From: Octopus sinensis
Taxonomy: Eukaryota
Assembly: GCF_006345805.1 (NCBI RefSeq)
Contig: NC_043003.1
Location: 105,152,001 to 105,216,000, forward strand
Reading direction: 5' to 3'
DNA: 64,000 nucleotides
The translations under genes and the position numbers were made by a program. The notes beneath the pieces were generated by a model. It made no database searches. It saw only the letters and a list, made by a program, of their open reading frames with translations, and was not told the DNA's origin. Shown piece by piece: positions 1 to 12,895 of this stretch; the stretch's first letter is position 1, and every line of letters starts with the position of its first letter.

Positions 1-630
1 CTATCTCTCTCACCCTCGCCCCTCCCCATCTCCATACTGATATTTCCCATCAACCACATCTCTACGCTTGTTCATCATTCACTACATTTACCTCTATCTC
101 CATCTCTAACCATCTGTTACTCTCCCCTCATGCTCTTATCAAACTACCCATCCTCTCATCACCCCCTCATCCACTGACTCTATCCTCTCTTATTCTCACC
201 TTCTTGTACCTTGAGAGATTGTTCTAGAACATCACTACCATTCTTATCTTCTTTCCAGCTACTGCTACTTACCTTTATATGATGTGGGGTAGCCATGTGT
301 CTCCTCTATAGCAAGGCACCTATTCTTGTCCCTTCTTCATACTTTAGACTCTCAACACCTGGCATAAAAGCGTTGTAATCTTTTCTGCTCTAGTCACAAG
401 GCACGAAATTTTGGGGGAAGTGGAGGGGGCAGTTGATTAGATCAACCCCAGTACACAACCCTCAAGGGATGAAAGACAAAGTTGGACGTTAGTAGGGTTT
501 GAACTCAGAACTTAAAGAAACACAAGAAATGCTGCTAGTCATTTTGTCCAACATGCTAACAATTCTGATACCTCACCACATCTGCATTACAGTATAGTCT
601 TATTTTAAGCATGATTGGTTTTCATTGTAA

Positions 631-1032
631 AGTGGCAAGCTGGCAGAATTGTTAGCACGCTGGACAAAACACTTAGTGGTATTTCACCCATCGCTACGTT
701 CTGAGTTCAAATTCCACCAACTTAGCTTTTCATCCTTTCGGGGTCGATAAATTAAGTACCAGTTGCGTACTGGGGTCAATCAAATCAACTGGCTCCCTCC
801 AAAAAAATTTCGGGTCTTTTGTCTAGAGTAGAAAAGATTACTATACGTCTCAAAGGTAGCAAGCTGGCAGAATTGTTGCTTGTTGCTATGTTCTGAGTTC
901 AAATTCCGCCAATGTTGACTATGCCTTTCATCCTTTCGGGGTCGATAAATTAAATACCAGTGAAACAGTAGGGTTCATGTAATCGACTAGTGCCCTTTCT
1001 CCGAATTTCAGGCCTTGTGCATTTAGTAGAAT
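631..1032 (+). mobile_element. Head-to-tail dimer of tRNA-derived SINE family B
   Basis: Two units GGCAAGCTGGCAGAA ... GAGTTCAAATTCC ... GCCTTTCATCCTTTCGGGGTCGATAAATTAAGTACCAG; one 16-bp TSD GATTGGTTTTCATTGT at 613-628 and 1034-1049. Confidence 0.85.
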
Positions 1033-1170
1033 GGATTGGTTTTCATTGTTTTTAATCTTCATTGAGATTTTCTACTTTAAGGATGTGAAAATAAGTTATT
1101 TCTTTATAATCATTAACCATTTTCACAAAATCATTTCTGTTTTAAAACTAACAGATGGATATTCATCTTT

Positions 1171-1364
1171 GCTTTTACTTTTTAACTTGTTTCAGTCATT
1201 AGACTGTGGCCATGCTGGGGCATTATCTTGAAGAGTTTTTAGTTAAATGAATTAACCCCAGGATTTACTTTTTTTAAGCCTGGTACTTTGGGTCTCTTTT
1301 GCCAAACATAAATACACAAGCACTGGTTATTAAGTGGTGGTGGGAGACAAACACAGATGCAAAG

Positions 1365-1397
<33 letters not shown>

Positions 1398-1558
1398 AAG
1401 AGATTTCTTTCAGTTTCTGTCTACCAAATCCATTCACAAGGCTTTGGTTGGCCCGAGGCTATAGCAGAAGACACTTGTCCAAGGTGCCATGCAGTGGGGC
1501 TGAACCTGAAACTATGTAGTTAGGAAGCAAGCTTCTCACCACACAGTCCCACCTGCAT
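1171..1558 (-). mobile_element. SINE family A copy
   Basis: Reverse-complement similarity to 18565-18960. Confidence 0.85.
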
Positions 1559-4500
1559 CTCTCCACACAGCCACTTTGTTGATATTTTCTCATACCACCT
1601 TCAGTTAGTGTCATAAACCAAAATTAGGAACTATAAATTTTGTCATAAATTATATTAATTACAAAATTAACATTTGATTTTTTTTTTGTCAAGTGTCTTC
1701 TTTATACAGTTTTGAATCTTTTCTTTATTTTTTTTATTCCGATTTATAACAACAAAACTGTAACCCCATCTCTCTTTATCTGTAATTCCATAATAGAATT
1801 AACGTTATCTCTTGGAATACGAAAGATGAATTCATAAGCAGTTGGTGCCCTGTTTTTTATGCTTTTGTGAATCACCAAAGAGAAAAAACATCACCCCCCA
1901 CTAGGAACCCAGATAGCTTATATTAAAAATGTCTAAACACACTTTCTATCATAATATAAAGCTTAAAAAAACAACTACATATACCCATAGAGTACTGATA
2001 ATATATTCTTATTTTAGAAAACTGTGCTAACATGATATCTGTCAGAATATACACAAATCCGGAGCAGTCATAAATAGAGAGAGATGTTGGCCAAAACTAT
2101 TTATGAAATAAATATAAGCTATTAATCAATTGCGCTAGTTTGCAGAAAACTATTGGCATTATGAGGATATTTATCTCAACTTTTATTACTTTAATTAAAA
2201 TTCATTATTTAATCAATGGAAACTTGAAATGTGTTACTTCTACACACCTAACTATCTAAGTAGATAACCAGTCTTTATCTCTTTATCATTAGATTGGCTA
2301 CTGAAATAAGTTTGTCAGGTACAGGCACTTGTGTAGCACTGCACAGCTGTATCATCCATTAGCAGTTTCTCTAGTTTCTCTTGCGGTGCTTCTTGGACTT
2401 AGTTGATGTTGTCACTGCTGAACTGTTTGGGGAGACGTAGCAAATATCCAAAATGTATGTATAACACAGCAGCATTCTGTTGTTATATTCTTGGAATGTC
2501 TTTGTTTCTTTCTCTCTTCACTTTCTACGAAAAATGTCATGTTTTTAATTTGAAGCTTAATTTTTAACTTCTGTTAATTTGCAAATTGTTTTCAATATTT
2601 TTCTTATAAAATTATCTACAGTGCAACTTAAGGATTTTAAATGAGAAGTTCTGATGTCTTTGCTTTATTTCAAAAATGAAGAAGAGATTAAACAGACTTG
2701 ATGCTAATTAAGAATTTAATGAATGATATAATTAAAAAGAAATATTCTATTGTCATTTCTGCATAAATCACTGTTTCTATATTCTAAAAGCTGTGTGTTT
2801 ACAACAACCTCCTTTCATAAGCTTCTTTAATTGTCATTTTGTTTGCATAATAATTACAATTACATAAAATTTCAATTCTGTGCTGGCTTTTCATTGTGGA
2901 CAGCTAATCCTTAATTCACTTTAATCTCTCTTTCACATATATTAACATTAGTTAACAACACGAAAAAATAATCTGGTAATTTCATTCAGGGATTTATTTA
3001 CTATACTGTACATGTTATTTCTTCAATTCTTGTTGTTTTTATTTTCTTTTAGTTTACTCCTTTATTTATTTTATTTCTTAGTTTACTTTTCATCTCAATT
3101 TGGGTTAATAAGATTAGAAATTAAATAATACTTTTTTCTTCTAGGATTGTTAATGTTGCTTTATAATAATCTATAAGTATTAAACACGTTAAAGATTGTT
3201 AGGCGTTTGTTTATATTATCATCATCATCATCATCATCAATGTTAAACGAGATGATGAGGATTGGGGTGTTAGATGTATTTGTTCATTTTTTTCCTAGTT
3301 GACACTCCATCATTGTCATGTCTGAAAAAAAGGTAAAGTTTATTCAAATTTCAAAAACATAAACAAAAGTTGTAGAGGAAGACTAGATCTTCAAAAGCCA
3401 TAAAAATTCTATGATAGAAATTATTTTTCATGTTAATTCAAATAATATTGGAAAGGATTAAAATAAAAACAAAAATAAACAGTCAAATTTATTTGATGAC
3501 CCAATAATAAGAAAAACTGCTGACAGTATATTTAGAATTTATTACTTGTATTTATTATGTAAACTAATTTTTACTGTTAGGTGTATTTTGTAATTTACAT
3601 GTTCTTATTCATAAGACATCATATTACGTAGAATGGTAGATTAACAGAAATAGTATAGAGTGGCGTAAATTGTGCTGTGGCAGGTATTTAAGTTCCTTTG
3701 TTTTCTGACTTCAAATCCTGTCAAGGTTGATTTTGCATGTCATCCTGCTTGGAGCCAATAAAATAAATTGCAATCAAGCTTGTGTGAAGGAGATCCTATA
3801 GACTAAAATCTGTCATAACAGTTATGAACAGGTTACCTGCAGACAAAGATCATATTTTGTTTTCATCTTGTAAATTTGAGAGAATAATTCTTAAATTCTT
3901 GAATTTATGTTCTTTTCTTTGAAAGTCAAAAATAATTGCTGCTAGGTTTTTGATTCTTTTCCCCAGTCAATTGAGTTTCCTGCTGCTGTCATCCACAATT
4001 ATATAATGCAGGGTAGCCATGTGTTTTCTCTATAGCAAGACACTTGTCCCAGGCACAAAAGCACCTCTCCCCCATTCAAAATCGCTCTCCGATTTGTCAA
4101 GGGGATTTTCCCCTTCCTTTATTATTTTCCTGTCTTGCAAGTTAACTTGGCAACCTCACTAGTACTGGTGCCACAAAAAAATAGCCCCTAGTACACACTG
4201 TATAGTGGTTGGCATTAGGAAGGGTATCCAGCCATAGAAACCATGCCAAAGCTGACATGGAATACAATGCATGCCTGTGGATGCTCCTGTTCCTGTCGAA
4301 CTGTCCAGCCTGTGCCAGCATAAAAAAACAAAACAAATGTTAAATGATGATAAGAATTTTATTTTACACACACCATTCAGTTCATCACATCTTTACTTAC
4401 TGTTATATATTACAGGTATGTAATATATATGGATTTATTGTTCAGATATTTCAAGTAGCTATCATAATTTTTCATAACTTCATGATTTCAACAATTTCCA

Positions 4501-4604
4501 TGCAGTCCTTTCTTCCATTTAGTTGTTCATTTACCTGTTCTGAAATCATCACAAAATAGACACAGACAAAACAGTACCTAACATCTTTTTATTTTAGAAT
4601 ATAC

Positions 4605-5025
4605 TTTTGGGATATATGCTGTGCTTGTGAACCAAGTGTTGAACCAAGTGAAATCATAGTCGTGGCCGATGCTAGTGCTGTCTGACTGGTGCCCATGCTG
4701 GTGGAACGTAAAAGGCACCAGTTGAGTGTTAGGCTTCATGGAAGCACTGACAAGTGACCAAGACCCTTGGCGATATACTGTGCTTGTGTTGACCTGTCAA
4801 GCCAAGTGAGGCTGTAGTCATGGCCAATACTGGTGTCAGGTTAGTGGCACCACTCTTGGAGTGGTTGGTGTTAGGAAGGACATCCAGCCATAGAAACCTT
4901 GCCAGATCAGATTGGAACCTGGTGCAGCCCCCTGGCTTACCAGTTTTCAGTCAAACTGTCCAACCCATGCCAGCATAGAAAGCAGTCATTAAACAATGAT
5001 GATAATGATAATGATGATGATAATA
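4605..5025 (+). mobile_element. RTE 3'-UTR-type repeat (family C) with (GAT)n tail
   Basis: Homologous to the UTR part of 24680-25340. Other + copies at about 13880-14130, 14280-14590, 19590-19890, 26060-26380, 57520-57807; - copies at about 6720-6860, 16065-16260, 21720-21840, 32280-32660, 46780-46960. Confidence 0.8.
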
Positions 5026-5428
5026 TTATCATTCCCCAGCTTGGACGCAAATAAGAATCTTCTTCACCCGGCCACTGAGAAACATTGTTATCATAGAATA
5101 TACAACAGAGACATTATAGGTGTCTATGTTTGTGTCTGTGTCGTTGCTTGTCTGATGTTTACATCAGTCTAAAATCTAGTTTCCTTGTTTAGGTTGCACC
5201 TCTTGCTGTCCCTAATGATGCAACAAATAGAGATCAATAAAAGTACCTGGTCCCAAGTTAATATAAATACTTCACTAGATATGATTGACTAAGACTCTTG
5301 TAAAAGTTGCCCCAGTATGACCTTAGTCCAATAACTGAAACAAATAAAAGAAGATATATATAAATGTATATGTCAATATGTATAGGAGGACCAGACTTGA
5401 AGGTGTTTCTTAGAGTGAAGTGGGTTTA

Positions 5429-5473
5429 ATATATATATATATATATATATAATATATTATATATATATATATT

Positions 5474-5523
<50 letters not shown>

Positions 5524-5526
5524 TAT

Positions 5527-5589
<63 letters not shown>

Positions 5590-5623
5590 TATGTACGTAT
5601 ATATATATATATATAATATATAT

Positions 5624-5694
<71 letters not shown>

Positions 5695-5720
5695 ATATAT
5701 ATATATGTATATGTATGAAT
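5429..5720. repeat. Long (TA)n microsatellite; others at about 10490-10580, 49575-49690, 51795-51860
   Basis: Seen directly. Confidence 0.98.
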
Positions 5721-5959
5721 ATATGGCAAGAAGAAAATGGAGGGAATCCAGAGGTAGTATCATCAGCTGTTAGATATCATATTATGTCTATTTATCTATT
5801 TAAAACCTTCTGATAATATATATATACATATGTAAAGTACTAGTTAGTACTTTACACATGTATATATTATCAAAACTGTTTTAAATAAATATATAGACAG
5901 AATATTTAACAGCTGATGAATACTACCTCTGGATTCCCTCCATTTTCTTCTTGCCATAT
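5720..5959. repeat. Fold-back palindrome, about 120-bp imperfect arms, 2-nt loop
   Basis: ATATGGCAAGAAGAAAATGGAGGGAATCCAGAGGTAG ... AGTACTA-GT-TAGTACT ... CTACCTCTGGATTCCCTCCATTTTCTTCTTGCCATAT. Confidence 0.95.
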
Positions 5960-6895
5960 AAATTAAAGGTAAAAACCACTTATTACCCTCGCCTAGTTAT
6001 TATACTCAACATTGTAATTCCCACACAATAACCAACACTTTTGCATTAATAATTGGGTATTCTACCAGCAGTATATTGGATACATACTATTCCTTAGTTG
6101 GTTGGATTCACAACCTCTAACTCTCTTTAAATTATATATATATATATATATATTATATATAACACACACGTGCCCATGTACAAAATATTTATATGCAAAG
6201 GTTCTAGCAATTAAATGTTTGACGTTCTGTGTATGGTTAAGTTAGTGTGTCAATTTAATAACAAAAGCTCCACTGAGTTGTATGAAAGGGAACCAAAAAT
6301 CAGTATCTAGTCCCTCACTATTCTTTTCCATGCAAGTCCTCTGTGTTTGGACTTGCACATAATACAACCAACACCCACCCACCAAACCAGGCTTCTTTTT
6401 ACAGTTCTGAAATAAACCATCAATAGATTTCGTGTATATATGTATATAGTGTGTAGGTTTATATGAATATGTATATATGTAATATATCTGTAATGTAGTG
6501 CAAGATAAACCTGTTTTTTTTTTTCAACACTGGAGGTTTATTGTATTGTGAAAACTGTAAATAACTGTCTTTGTGAGAAAGAGAAAGACATTTTCCTACA
6601 ACTGTCATAATACAGTGATGACTCCAGTGTATTGAGAAAAATAGGTTTGCTTTGCATCACACCATTAGACACAGGAGGGAATGAATTATTAACATGTAGA
6701 TATATATACATCATCTTTATTTGATGCTCGTTTTCCATGCTGGCATGGGTTGAACGATTCAACAGGAACTGGCTAGGCCAGGGGCAGCACCAACTTCCAT
6801 GCTCTTCCTAACACCAACCCCCTTTACAGAGTGTACTGGGTGCTTTATATGTCGCACCAGCATATATATATACATACATACATATATATATATAT

Positions 6896-7210
6896 ATCAC
6901 TTTGATCACTTTGACCGACCAGTCCGTCAGGCGTCCATTTGACACCGCTGATCACAGCACGCTGTCCACTCCTCTCTGGATCGCGCCTTTCTCATCCACG
7001 TGATCCCAATCGTCCTCCTGAAATCGTAATTCCACCATCGTGGAGGTCTTCCGGGTGGCTTTTTCTGCTCACGCAGGTACCACTCGACAACTGCGTGCGT
7101 CCACCGATTATCGGTGAGCCGGGCGACGTGTCCAGCCCATCTATACTTGCTGCGTGTATACTCTGCAATGACATCTCTCACGCCGGACTTCTTTCTGATG
7201 ATCTTGCTAC
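6896..7210 (-). mobile_element. RTE-clade LINE 3' end inserted in (TA)n
   Basis: Open frame RWAGHVARLTDNRWTHAVVEW...GRPPRWW...WMRKARSREEW; short (CAAAGTGAT) repeat tail. Confidence 0.9.
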
Positions 7211-7234
7211 TTATGTATACATACATACATAGAT

Positions 7235-7274
<40 letters not shown>

Positions 7275-8766
7275 ATCTATGTATGTATGTATGTATGTAT
7301 GTATGTATGTATGTATACATTATTCTTATACGAGAATAAGGTGGAAAGCTGGCAGAATCATTAGCATGTTGGGCAAAATACTTAGTGGTATTTCGTCTGA
7401 TGCTACATTCTGAGTTCCAATTCCACTGAAATCAGTTACACACTGGGGTCGATGTAATCGACTTAATCCCCCTCCCCTAAGCTGCTTTTGTGACAAAAAA
7501 TTTGAAATTATTATTCTTATACAAGAGTGTTGTTGACAATGACTTGAAAGTTTTGACCAACTAAGCTTGCAAAGGCATGCATCCTAGTGGTAGGGCATTA
7601 CTGCCATGATCACTACATCAATGGTTTGATTCCTGGACCAAGTGGCATGTTGTTTTCTTGATTGAAACATTTAATTTCACATTGGTCTGCGACCATTTTG
7701 ACAGCTGACATCTGTGCAGACAATGTCCATTTGATGGAGGGACTGCTGTGATACATTTGATCACTATAAGCAAATCATTTGTGCACGTCGTTCAGCAAAA
7801 AGGGAACACCTATGTTTAATGGGAGATTCCATCATATTCCATGCAAGCATAGGAAAGTGAACTTTAAAATGATGATGATGTTTATATTATATATTTTTAT
7901 TTATTTTATAACTTAGTCATTTTGCTACTTTGGCATTTCACGCGTGCATTTAGAGGTTCATCAGGCAAGTTGTGACAAGAGATTTTTGATGGTAGATTTT
8001 ATACATATATAAGGGATTCATATTGTAGGGCATAGTAGGAGGTGTTGGTGGAGGAGAGAAAAAGTTAATGAGGGGAAAAAACCAGGAGCAAAAGAAGAGG
8101 GGGGAAAAAAAGAAAGAAAAACAAAAGGGAAAAGGAAAGAAGAGAAGGGGTTAAGAGAGAAATAAGGTTGGATGGGCAGATATTGGTTCAATAAAAAACT
8201 TGAGTAGAAATAAATAAAGTAAAAAGCTATCAAATAAGTAAATCAAATTGAATGGGAGAAGGAATTTCACGAATGTGTGTGTGTGTGTGTGTGTGTGAAT
8301 AGATTGGTTTCAAATTTTAGCACAAATACTACAATTTGGTGGAGAGTGAGCAAACCAATTGTATAGATCCAGTATTCAGCTGGTATTAATTCCATGGATC
8401 CTCTCTCTTCTAAAGGATGAAAGGTAAAGTTGAGCTCAGTGGACTTAGTATTCAGAATGTAGAGATGGACCAATAAGCACCAAAGTAGCAAGAATTCTTC
8501 TGCCAGTTGGATGCTTTTGTATGTGTAAATAGATTGATTGATAAAGGGATTGTAATCTGAATGTAACTGGGTTGGGCCCAGTGAATAATTAAAATGGGAA
8601 GTAAAGGAAAAATATTAATTGAAGAATGTTAATTGAAAAGGCCTGCCTTTTTGGGGGGGTTTGGTTTCAGTTGTTGATTAAGGGTTCAGGTTTCAGAAAA
8701 TTGACCAGAAGAAATTACTGATGAGTTAGTGATGGGAGTGGGTAGTAGTGGGAGAAGAAGGAGAGG

Positions 8767-8774
8767 AAGAAGAA

Positions 8775-8810
<36 letters not shown>

Positions 8811-8910
8811 GAAAAAGGAAGAGGGGAAGAATGATAAAGAGAAAGGGTAGATAAAAGGGATAATAAAATAACAACAGCAGCTGTAGCAACAATAACAAGA
8901 AGAAGAAGAA

Positions 8911-8943
<33 letters not shown>

Positions 8944-9045
8944 GAAAAAGGAAGAGGGGAGAATGATAAAGAGAAAGGGTAGATAAAAGGGATAATAAAA
9001 TAACAACAGCAGCTGTAGCAACAATAACAAGAAGAAGAAGAAGAA
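8767..9045. repeat. 133-bp tandem duplication with (GAT)n/(GAA)n
   Basis: GAAGAAAAAGGAAGAGGGG ... AGCAACAATAACAAGAAGAAG starts at 8808 and 8941. Confidence 0.9.
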
Positions 9046-10250
9046 TTTCTTTTATTAGCCACAGGGGCATAGATGAGGGGGATATCACAAGGACAATCAA
9101 CCATTTGTGTGAAGGTTTACATGAAAGATGAGGAGAAAATAATGGAAAGCACGGTGAAATGTGATAAAAGTATATATAGTATAAATAGTATGTGATAACA
9201 AGAATGGTGCAGTCCTCCTGATACCCGAGAAACCCCACCTGGGGTCAATAGAAGAACCCCACAGATCCAGGAATACCTTAGCCACCAAAATCATGAACCT
9301 TCGCCCAGTTGTTGTTCTCCTGTCTGCAGGTGCATACTTAGAGTAGGGCTATTCATCTTAAACCTTTTTGACACAGTCACCCATCTTTTCACAATTTGAC
9401 TAGTAGCACTTTTCTTTCCAAGTTGACAAGAGGAAAGTGTCTTTTTTCAATCCTTTAAGCCTCATCCACCACACAACCCCTTTTGCCATAGCCACTAGAC
9501 AGAGGAACACTGCCTGCCCTCCCTCATTAAAAGTGGGTCCTGGAGCAATCCTCACTATAGATTTAGCCTAGAGTTGAATTCTAACCACACACGCTAACAG
9601 CTGTTCAACATAACTCCACAAACTTGGCAATACTTGGCTGTTGCACAAGTGTGGAATGGTTTCATCATTATGTGTGCATCTTGGACAGTCCTGCCTTGCT
9701 TCCATGTTGTAGGATTTATCTCAGACTGGCAGTGCTCTTTGGTAGCACTGCTAGAGATTTCTGGAAGTTATCCATGGTAGTACCAGGCCTGAAAGTCCTT
9801 TTAAGTAGACCAGCTTGGGTTTCCCTGAGAACATCATCGCTCATACTTACCACTAGATTTCTATATATTGCTAATGTACAGCTTCCACTAATTGCATTTC
9901 CTGAGGGCTGTGAGTGCCTGATGACATTTCAGGTGCCAAGTACCCAATATGTTCTTGACCCAGGACTGCAGCACGGTCAAAAAGATGAACTGAGGAAATG
10001 TGTGTCTTACAAACAGAGACCACACCAGCTCACTGTCCAGAAAAATCTGCAAGTGGTGTAACTGCAGCTTGTGTCTGTGCATCAGCAGCTGTGCCATGCC
10101 AAGTGTCTTTTAGAGGGTACTGGCAACAAGAAGCAAAAAAGTAAATGCCCCAGTCTGGCCAAACATGGACTGGGGCAAGGAACAAAGTACAACAACAGTC
10201 AGGCAGTAAGTTAGGAAGGTGATGTAAACACCTGCCACCTCAGGTACTGT
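9046..10250 (-). mobile_element. L1/Tx1-clade LINE 3' fragment (degenerate ORF2 C-terminus plus 3' UTR)
   Basis: Minus strand reads FRPGTMDNFQKSLA ... QDCPRCTHNDETI (zinc-knuckle-like) ... LWSYVEQLL; AATAAA then a (TTC)n tail near 9046-9056. Confidence 0.75.
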
Positions 10251-10502
10251 TAATAAAATCAAATCAAATAAAATAAAATAAAACTTGACAGAAAATATTA
10301 AAAATTTCCAAAACGCAAAACCCCCACTTAACCTCTCTCTCTTCATTCCTTTTCCCTTTTTCCCTATTTTGTTTTCTAGTTTGTTTTCTTCCTGTTTTTT
10401 CCACTTCCTTTCCCCCTGTTTTTGACCTCCTTTTCTTTTCCCTTTCTCCGCCAAGACCTCATATTGCATCCAAAGACAGAAATCCCGTTAATATATATAT
10501 AT

Positions 10503-10580
<78 letters not shown>

Positions 10581-10582
<2 letters not shown>

Positions 10583-10941
10583 GTGAAATAGAAAGATGAA
10601 TAATCTTGTAACCGATACCTTAGTAGCAAAAATCACAGCAGTAAACAGCTGTGTTCAGCTCCATTTCTTCAATCACCAATAATGTTTTTATATATATATA
10701 TATATAATAAATATTAGGGAATATATCCAAATTTACAGGGAAAAAAAATCAGATTTAGGATTAAATCCAATTTTATAGTAAAATATTATAAAATATTATT
10801 TGAGACAAAACCACTATTTTGCAAAACAAACAAGGAAAGACTTAATCAATACATAAAATTTAATAAATAATTTATTAAATTTTATGTATTGATTAAGTCT
10901 TTCCTTGTTTGTTTTGCAAAATAGTGGTTTTGTCTCAAATA

Positions 10942-10995
<54 letters not shown>

Positions 10996-10997
10996 TA

Positions 10998-11036
<39 letters not shown>

Positions 11037-11394
11037 GTGAAATAGAAAGATGAATAATCTTGTAACCGATACCTTAGTAGCAAAAATCACAGCAGTAAAC
11101 AGCTGTGTTCAGCTCCATTTCTTCAATTCACCAATAATGTTTTTATATATATATATATAATAAATATTAGGGAATATATCCAAATTTACAGGGAAAAAAA
11201 ATCAGATTTAGGATTAAATCCAATTTTATAGTAAAATATTATAAAATATTATTTGAGACAAAACCACTATTTTGCAAAACAAACAAGGAAAGACTTAATC
11301 AATACATAAAATTTAATAAATAATTTATTAAATTTTATGTATTGATTAAGTCTTTCCTTGTTTGTTTTGCAAAATAGTGGTTTTGTCTCAAATA

Positions 11395-11448
<54 letters not shown>

Positions 11449-11450
11449 TA

Positions 11451-11489
<39 letters not shown>

Positions 11490-11862
11490 GTGAAATAGAA
11501 AGATGAATAATCTTGTAACCGATACCTTAGTAGCAAAAATCACAGCAGTAAACAGCTGTGTTCAGCTCCATTTCTTCAATTCACCAATAATGTTTTTATA
11601 TATATATATATAATAAATATTAGGGAATATATCCAAATTTACAGGGAAAAAAAATCAGATTTAGGATTAAATCCAATTTTATAGTAAAATATTATAAAAT
11701 ATTATTTGAGACAAAACCACTATTTTGCAAAACAAACAAGGAAAGACTTAATCAATACATAAAATTTAATAAATAATTATTAAATTTTATGTATTGATTA
11801 AGTCTTTCCTTGTTTGTTTTGCAAAATAGTGGTTTTGTCTCAAATAATATTTTATATATATA

Positions 11863-11895
<33 letters not shown>
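10581..11895. repeat. Three near-identical tandem units of about 454 bp, each with a 165-nt palindrome, separated by (TA)n
   Basis: Units start at 10581, 11035 and 11488. The palindrome 10787-10951 is perfect with a 1-nt centre at 10869; further centres at 11322 and about 11775. Confidence 0.95.
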
Positions 11896-11897
<2 letters not shown>

Positions 11898-12633
11898 CAT
11901 AACTTCCATCAAAAATCTTTACTCGTAACTTGCCTCGTAACATACAGGCTCAACTCCAGGGTAGCCAGAGACTGACTTAAACAAATTATAAAATATTATT
12001 TCTCTCTATTATGATATTGAGTACTTTTTCTTCTCACAGTCAACACTAAACGTGTATGTGTGTGTGCATTTATAGATACATATGTATATGTATGTGTGTA
12101 TGTAAGTATGTATGTATGTATGTATGTATGTATGTATGCATGCATATATATATATACTCATATGCACATACAGAGAGAGAGAGAGAGAGAGAGAGATCTC
12201 CATCTGTTTCAACAAGAAGAATTTTTTGCATTACAATGGTGTATATTTGGGCTGTGTTTTTTATAGAGTTCTTGGGCTGTATGATTGCCAAAATCTTAAG
12301 CTTGCATTTGCAACCTTAAGAAACAAGGCAAATAATATGTCAAGGATTATATTATCTTTTAGAAAAAATGTGAAATGAAATAACATAAACCTAATTTCTG
12401 ATATTTGTTTGCACACTTTACATATATTTATTATTCAGTTTTGGAGAAATAAATTTATAAAACATTATAACATAAAATAACATAAAAAGGTAAAAATTTA
12501 AGGAGCATGGCACAATTACGTTCAGTGTGAATTTGGTAATTTATGCCAACATAATTCCTTATTTTAGGTATGTTTCCATGAATAAAATACATTTAAAATT
12601 CTAACCTGCATACTCAAATATTTGTCGGAAGAG

Positions 12634-12690
12634 AACTGCCTATTTCTATCATACTTACAGAAAAAAAACACGAAAACATATGGTGCGTGC

Positions 12691-12733
<43 letters not shown>

Positions 12734-12895
12734 TGTGCGTGTGTGATTGTGCATATATATGTGTATGTATATATATATGTACATATGTATGTGTGTGTGT
12801 GTGTATTTATAATATACATATACACAACAAATATCCATATATAATAATCCATCTGTTTTCATTTTTTTTCTGTGGGTATATAGAAATAGGCAGTT
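12634..12895. repeat. About 43-bp inverted repeats enclosing a TG/TA microsatellite (MITE-like)
   Basis: AACTGCCTATTTCTAT ... CAGAAAAAAAA ... GAAAACA pairs with TGTTTTC ... TTTTTTTCTG ... ATAGAAATAGGCAGTT. Confidence 0.8.

Noticed and set aside
2281-2460. Possible promoter or 5' UTR exon (GATTGGCT, GTATGT donor)
   Set aside because: The motifs are too short and common to support a call.
3299-3332. Short ATG exon MSEKK with GTAAAG donor
   Set aside because: Phase 0 exit is incompatible with the phase-1 LIM exon, and it lacks cysteines.
5410-5763. YI/IY, HT/CV, RE/SL and poly-L/S/H/D ORFs throughout the ORF track
   Set aside because: They are translations of TA, CA, GA and triplet microsatellites with no splice or homology support.
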